From assembly GCA_964248165.1 (NCBI GenBank), contig CAXTXE010000016.1, positions 7,637 through 71,636 on the forward strand: a stretch of DNA of 64,000 bases, written 5' to 3'. The translations under genes and the position numbers were made by a program. Every line of letters begins with the position of its first letter. Positions within the stretch are counted from its first letter, which is position 1. The notes under the pieces were generated by a model. The model had not been told where the DNA came from, did not search any database, and saw only the letters and a program-made list of their open reading frames with translations. Source of the stretch: an uncultured Terriglobus sp. (GTDB lineage: Bacteria; Acidobacteriota; Terriglobia; Terriglobales; Acidobacteriaceae). Below, piece after piece: positions 61,501 through 64,000 of the stretch.

Positions 61501-64000
61501 CACGCTGATGTTGCCGGTCCCGTTGCCGCTTAACGAGGCCGTGTACATCGTGGTTCCGTCGAAGACAGACACCGTGCCAATCTCCGGCGCGTTCTGCGAT
61601 GGGCTGAAGCTGACGGTGATGGTGCAGTTGCTGCCCGCGTTCAGGGTCGCGCCGCAGGTGGTTGCGGTCACGTTGAAGTCGGCGCTCCCCGCAGGCGCGC
61701 TCAGGCTGGCACTGCCCGTGCCCGTGTTGGCCAGCGTGACGGTCTGCGCGGAACTGGTGCTGCCCACCGCCGTCGCGGAGAAGACCACGTTCCCCGGCGT
61801 GAGGACCAGACTCGGCGTGCCCTGCCCCGTGCCGCTCACGGGCAGCGATGCATAGCCGCCGCTGACGTTCGCGTTCACGGTGATCGCGCCACTGGTGGTT
61901 CCTGCCGTCGTGGGAGAAAAGGTCACGGTGAGATTGCAGCTCTGATTAACGGTAAGCGATGCGCCCGCGCAGGTATCAGTCTCCGCGAATCCGGCGCTGG
62001 CCGACACCGTGGAAATCTGCAGAACGGCATTGCCGGTGTTGGTCAGCGTTGCGGTCTGCGCGGTGCTGGTGGACCCGATTGGTTCTGGCGTGAACGTCAG
62101 TGAGGTGGGAGCGAAAGCGATGGCCGGTTGCACCACCTGCCCGGCGCTGAGCAGCGGAATCTGCCAGATTCCACGGCCGAAGGTACCCGCTCGCAGGACG
62201 CCGGTGTTGCCGTTCACCGTAAGGTCTCGTGATGCAACGAGCGTCAGCACCGGCGCGTTGGGCAGCGAAGTTCCCAGCACGCCCCAACAGCTGGACGTGG
62301 TGCCTGACTGCACTGGAACGCATGTGGTTACGTCGTTCGTGACGTACACGCCCGTGTCCAGCGCAACATAGACGATCAGCGGATTGTTGGGATCGACCAC
62401 CACGCTGTTGGCCGGCGCGTTGGGCAGGTTGGCGGAGATATTCAGCCAGGTGTTGCCGCCGTCCGTCGAGCGGTAGACGTGCGGAAAGCCAAATCCCATG
62501 ACGGTCGCGTAGACCGTCTTGCCGGTCGCGTCGCTGGGATCGACGGCAATGCTGGAGATGTCGAATCCACCCGCGTTGAAACCGTTGGAGTCGTTGCTGA
62601 CCGGGCTGGTCGCCACGTCAGTCCATGCGGTCGAGGAGGTTGCGGTAGCGCCTAGCGTGGTCGCGTACAGATGGCCGCCATAGGTGCTGCCGCCATCCGC
62701 CACTCCCGCCAGACCGGCGTAGAGGACGGGTGATCCGCTGTTTTGCGATCCGCTAGCCGTTACCGCGGTTCCGCCCGCGCCCAGTGAACGGATAAAGGCG
62801 TCGCTGCTGTTGCAGGCCGGACCGGAAGGTTCTGCAAGGAAGCGGCTGATCGCGTTCGATACCGACCACGAGCTTCCGCCGCCGGCGGGTCCGCGAAAGA
62901 CCCGGCAGGTGCCCACGATCGCGTTTGTATTCAGCCCCGGGTCGAGCAGCGCAGGTGGGTCGACCAGTGATTCATCCCCCTGCACCTGCGCGCTTCCGAT
63001 GGCTGCCGGACCGGTGAAGTCAGCCGCCGTGCAGGCTGAGCCGCGCGTGCAGGCGTGCAGCGCCACTCCCGCCCCGGATTGCAGCACCCACGTTTGCCCA
63101 TTGGCTTGGTCGATGGCAACGGTGCCGCTTTCGCCCGAGCTCAACTGCGCCCAGGGCGAGCTTGCCGCGGCTTGCGCAGCCGTCGTGCTGGCGGCGCTGC
63201 CGTTGGCTCCCAGGGCCGCCAGCAGGGTGTTGGGGTCGCTCGGGTGCGAGCTGAGGCTGAATACTTCCGCAAGCGAACCCAGCGCGCCGTTCAGGTTGTC
63301 GAAGTGCGTCGCATCGTCGGGCGAGCAGACGGCCTGCTGCTGCCGCACGCCGTCCAGCGAGCGCCACAGGCCGCCATCGTTGCCGAAGAACATGAACGGC
63401 GCGGCGGTGTCCGAGGTGTTTACCTGCCATGCGATGGCGTGCTGCGCCGGTGCCACGCTTGCCGGAGCGGCGCATCCATTGGCTGTATTCGTGGTGTTGC
63501 GCAGCGAGCATCCGCCGGAAAGGCCGCAGCGGAAGAGGTCAGCGGTGCCGGCAAAGAGCAGTGTATCCGTCATGCTGAGCGCCGTCGCAGCCGGAACCGC
63601 CGCCAGTGTCAGATTGTAATCACCCTGATCGATCTTGCCTGCATCTTCCATGGGAGTGGCGTTGATCTGAGTGCCCCATTGCACGGTGGCGGAAGAGCAA
63701 TTCCCGCCAGACAGGTTACAGTTGTCCTGCCATAATCCCTGATCGTTGTTGCCCCCGTCCACGGTCAGCGCGAACAGGTCGCCGGAGACCGGTTGCGCCG
63801 CCAGCGCGCCACGGAAGATGGGGCAGCTGGCCAGACCGTAGTTGCCTGTCCGTGTGGGGCAATTGGTGGTGGACAAGCCGACTCCCGGCTGGTTGGCCAT
63901 CCGCGTAAAGGTCATGCCGTCCGACGATTCGTAGTAGCCATGCGAGCGGATGGCAGCGTAGAACTTCTGCCGCACCGGGTTCCACACGACAGATGTAGCT
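58504..64000 (-). CDS. giant cell-surface protein: BNR/Asp-box-like beta-propeller region + ten choice-of-anchor-D (HYDIN/ASH-like Ig) repeats + C-terminal hydrophobic/Arg-rich segment; 5' end outside the window
   Basis: More than 1830 codons, and the frame is still open at base 64000. Asp-box-like SSDGMTFTRM, GNDGGLWRS, STDGGNTWLN. Ten ~100-aa repeats follow the pattern L.F....VG..S..Q.VT..N.G...L.......GDF.....C...L..G.SC...V.F.PT..G.R.G.L.V. Confidence 0.85.
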   Translation of the reverse strand, partial: ATSVVWNPVRQKFYAAIRSHGYYESSDGMTFTRMANQPGVGLSTTNCPTRTGNYGLASCPIFRGALAAQPVSGDLFALTVDGGNNDQGLWQDNCNLSGGNCSSATVQWGTQINATPMEDAGKIDQGDYNLTLAAVPAATALSMTDTLLFAGTADLFRCGLSGGCSLRNTTNTANGCAAPASVAPAQHAIAWQVNTSDTAAPFMFFGNDGGLWRSLDGVRQQQAVCSPDDATHFDNLNGALGSLAEVFSLSSHPSDPNTLLAALGANGSAASTTAAQAAASSPWAQLSSGESGTVAIDQANGQTWVLQSGAGVALHACTRGSACTAADFTGPAAIGSAQVQGDESLVDPPALLDPGLNTNAIVGTCRVFRGPAGGGSSWSVSNAISRFLAEPSGPACNSSDAFIRSLGAGGTAVTASGSQNSGSPVLYAGLAGVADGGSTYGGHLYATTLGATATSSTAWTDVATSPVSNDSNGFNAGGFDISSIAVDPSDATGKTVYATVMGFGFPHVYRSTDGGNTWLNISANLPNAPANSVVVDPNNPLIVYVALDTGVYVTNDVTTCVPVQSGTTSSCWGVLGTSLPNAPVLTLVASRDLTVNGNTGVLRAGTFGRGIWQIPLLSAGQVVQPAIAFAPTSLTFTPEPIGSTSTAQTATLTNTGNAVLQISTVSASAGFAETDTCAGASLTVNQSCNLTVTFSPTTAGTTSGAITVNANVSGGYASLPVSGTGQGTPSLVLTPGNVVFSATAVGSTSSAQTVTLANTGTGSASLSAPAGSADFNVTATTCGATLNAGSNCTITVSFSPSQNAPEIGTVSVFDGTTMYTASLSGNGTGNISVSLSPTSIDFGTVLVNNTVGQTISVQSVTVHNGGNASATLAQPVFTGDFALYQDLCNAALGPGESCTINVFFAPTAVGQRNGTMTLSDGVATHTVSLTGTGGSTQVTFSPTSLAFGTVNVGSSSQPQTVTVTYNGYGAITWGVLSPSADFAVPSNSCYGSLPSGSSCSFSVVYSPTVDGPRTGYISLPDTLHTTTHIVLLTGTGHGTPSVAVAPVSLSFGTIAVNSTSAAQTITVTNSGTAGIALSPATVAGDFFIAADSCASALGAGASCTLSVDFTPHATGTRTGTLTVPDANGTHTVALTGAGTGAPIVTLAPGALNFGQIAVNSTSAAQTVTVNNGGTDTATLSPATITGDFAITSNTCGTTLAPGGSCTVSITFTPTVSGNRSGVLSLPDALGNHTTNLSGSGITGALAVTPAALAFPDTVLGSTSATRVVTVRNSGNGPLAIGSVSIAGDFNVTGNCAGTTLAAGYTCTLDLTFSPTATGARQGTLTVSGTAAGPVSTTVGLSGNGTGAFSVVLTPTSLDFGNQLTGTTSAVRNITVSNTGSIAGSLGSISTSGDFTLAANTCGTSLPPQTGCTVSIAFAPTASGARNGMLTVNDGAGTQTATLTGAGTAPATDTLAPLSLTFGAQQVNTASGLQTVTLTNTGDTALTLITAQILTGDFTASNGCGPTLVAHSSCSITVAFVPKSVGTETGTLQITDVQRAQTVSLTGTATAGPGVTLLPSSLSFATTGVGVAGATQTLTLTNNGGTPLSITGVTVVGDYGIVAGTGTCAVFATLPVDGSCSLGIAFLPSGAGLRTGSVTVTSNAPTQTAQLTGTGIDFQLLPNGNTTVTTANGGNAVFPLLLRPLVTTSDPVTYTCTGAPANSTCKITSQYGDLSAVQTVSVTILTGVKSGAVRSPVGYLLLPWLGLVPWFARRRGRHGALLGVLCCFALMLALSGCGSGKTSAEEGTGTGTGSTGTGGGTTIITPSGTYNITASATAAGVTHTVPLTLVVQ

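Overview
This window is a high-G+C chromosomal segment. It most likely comes from an Acidobacteriota (Terriglobia-type) genome. That assignment is an inference from three very large TonB-dependent receptors with N-terminal carboxypeptidase-regulatory-like domains, a giant choice-of-anchor-D repeat protein and the overall gene content.

Housekeeping genes: accD, nadD, rsfS, rlmH, cobO, treZ, murQ, gabD plus two further dehydrogenases in one operon, an aminotransferase, and tRNA-Ala(GGC).

Accessory modules interleaved with them:
- a HicAB toxin-antitoxin pair
- a DUF305 (Met/His-rich) + LVIVD beta-propeller operon
- a tandem HD-GYP protein next to a FadL-like porin
- a cluster of three DUF2382/YsnF-like stress genes and an OmpA-like gene, preceded by a tandemly duplicated ~120-nt non-coding element
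- an orphan asparagine-synthetase-like enzyme
- an AT-richer ArsR/SRPBCC cassette
- a run of gene fragments next to the tRNA
- an ECF sigma/anti-sigma pair
- a translationally coupled vWA / PP2C / membrane Ser-Thr-kinase triad (41912-45335)
- a doubly frameshifted TonB-dependent receptor
- a degenerate PIN-type toxin-antitoxin cassette

The triad and the tandem non-coding element are the best candidates for poorly understood biology. No rRNA, CRISPR array, transposase or integrase was recognised. Many long ORF-track entries antisense to real genes are high-G+C shadow ORFs. All domain calls rest on motifs read by eye, not on database searches.
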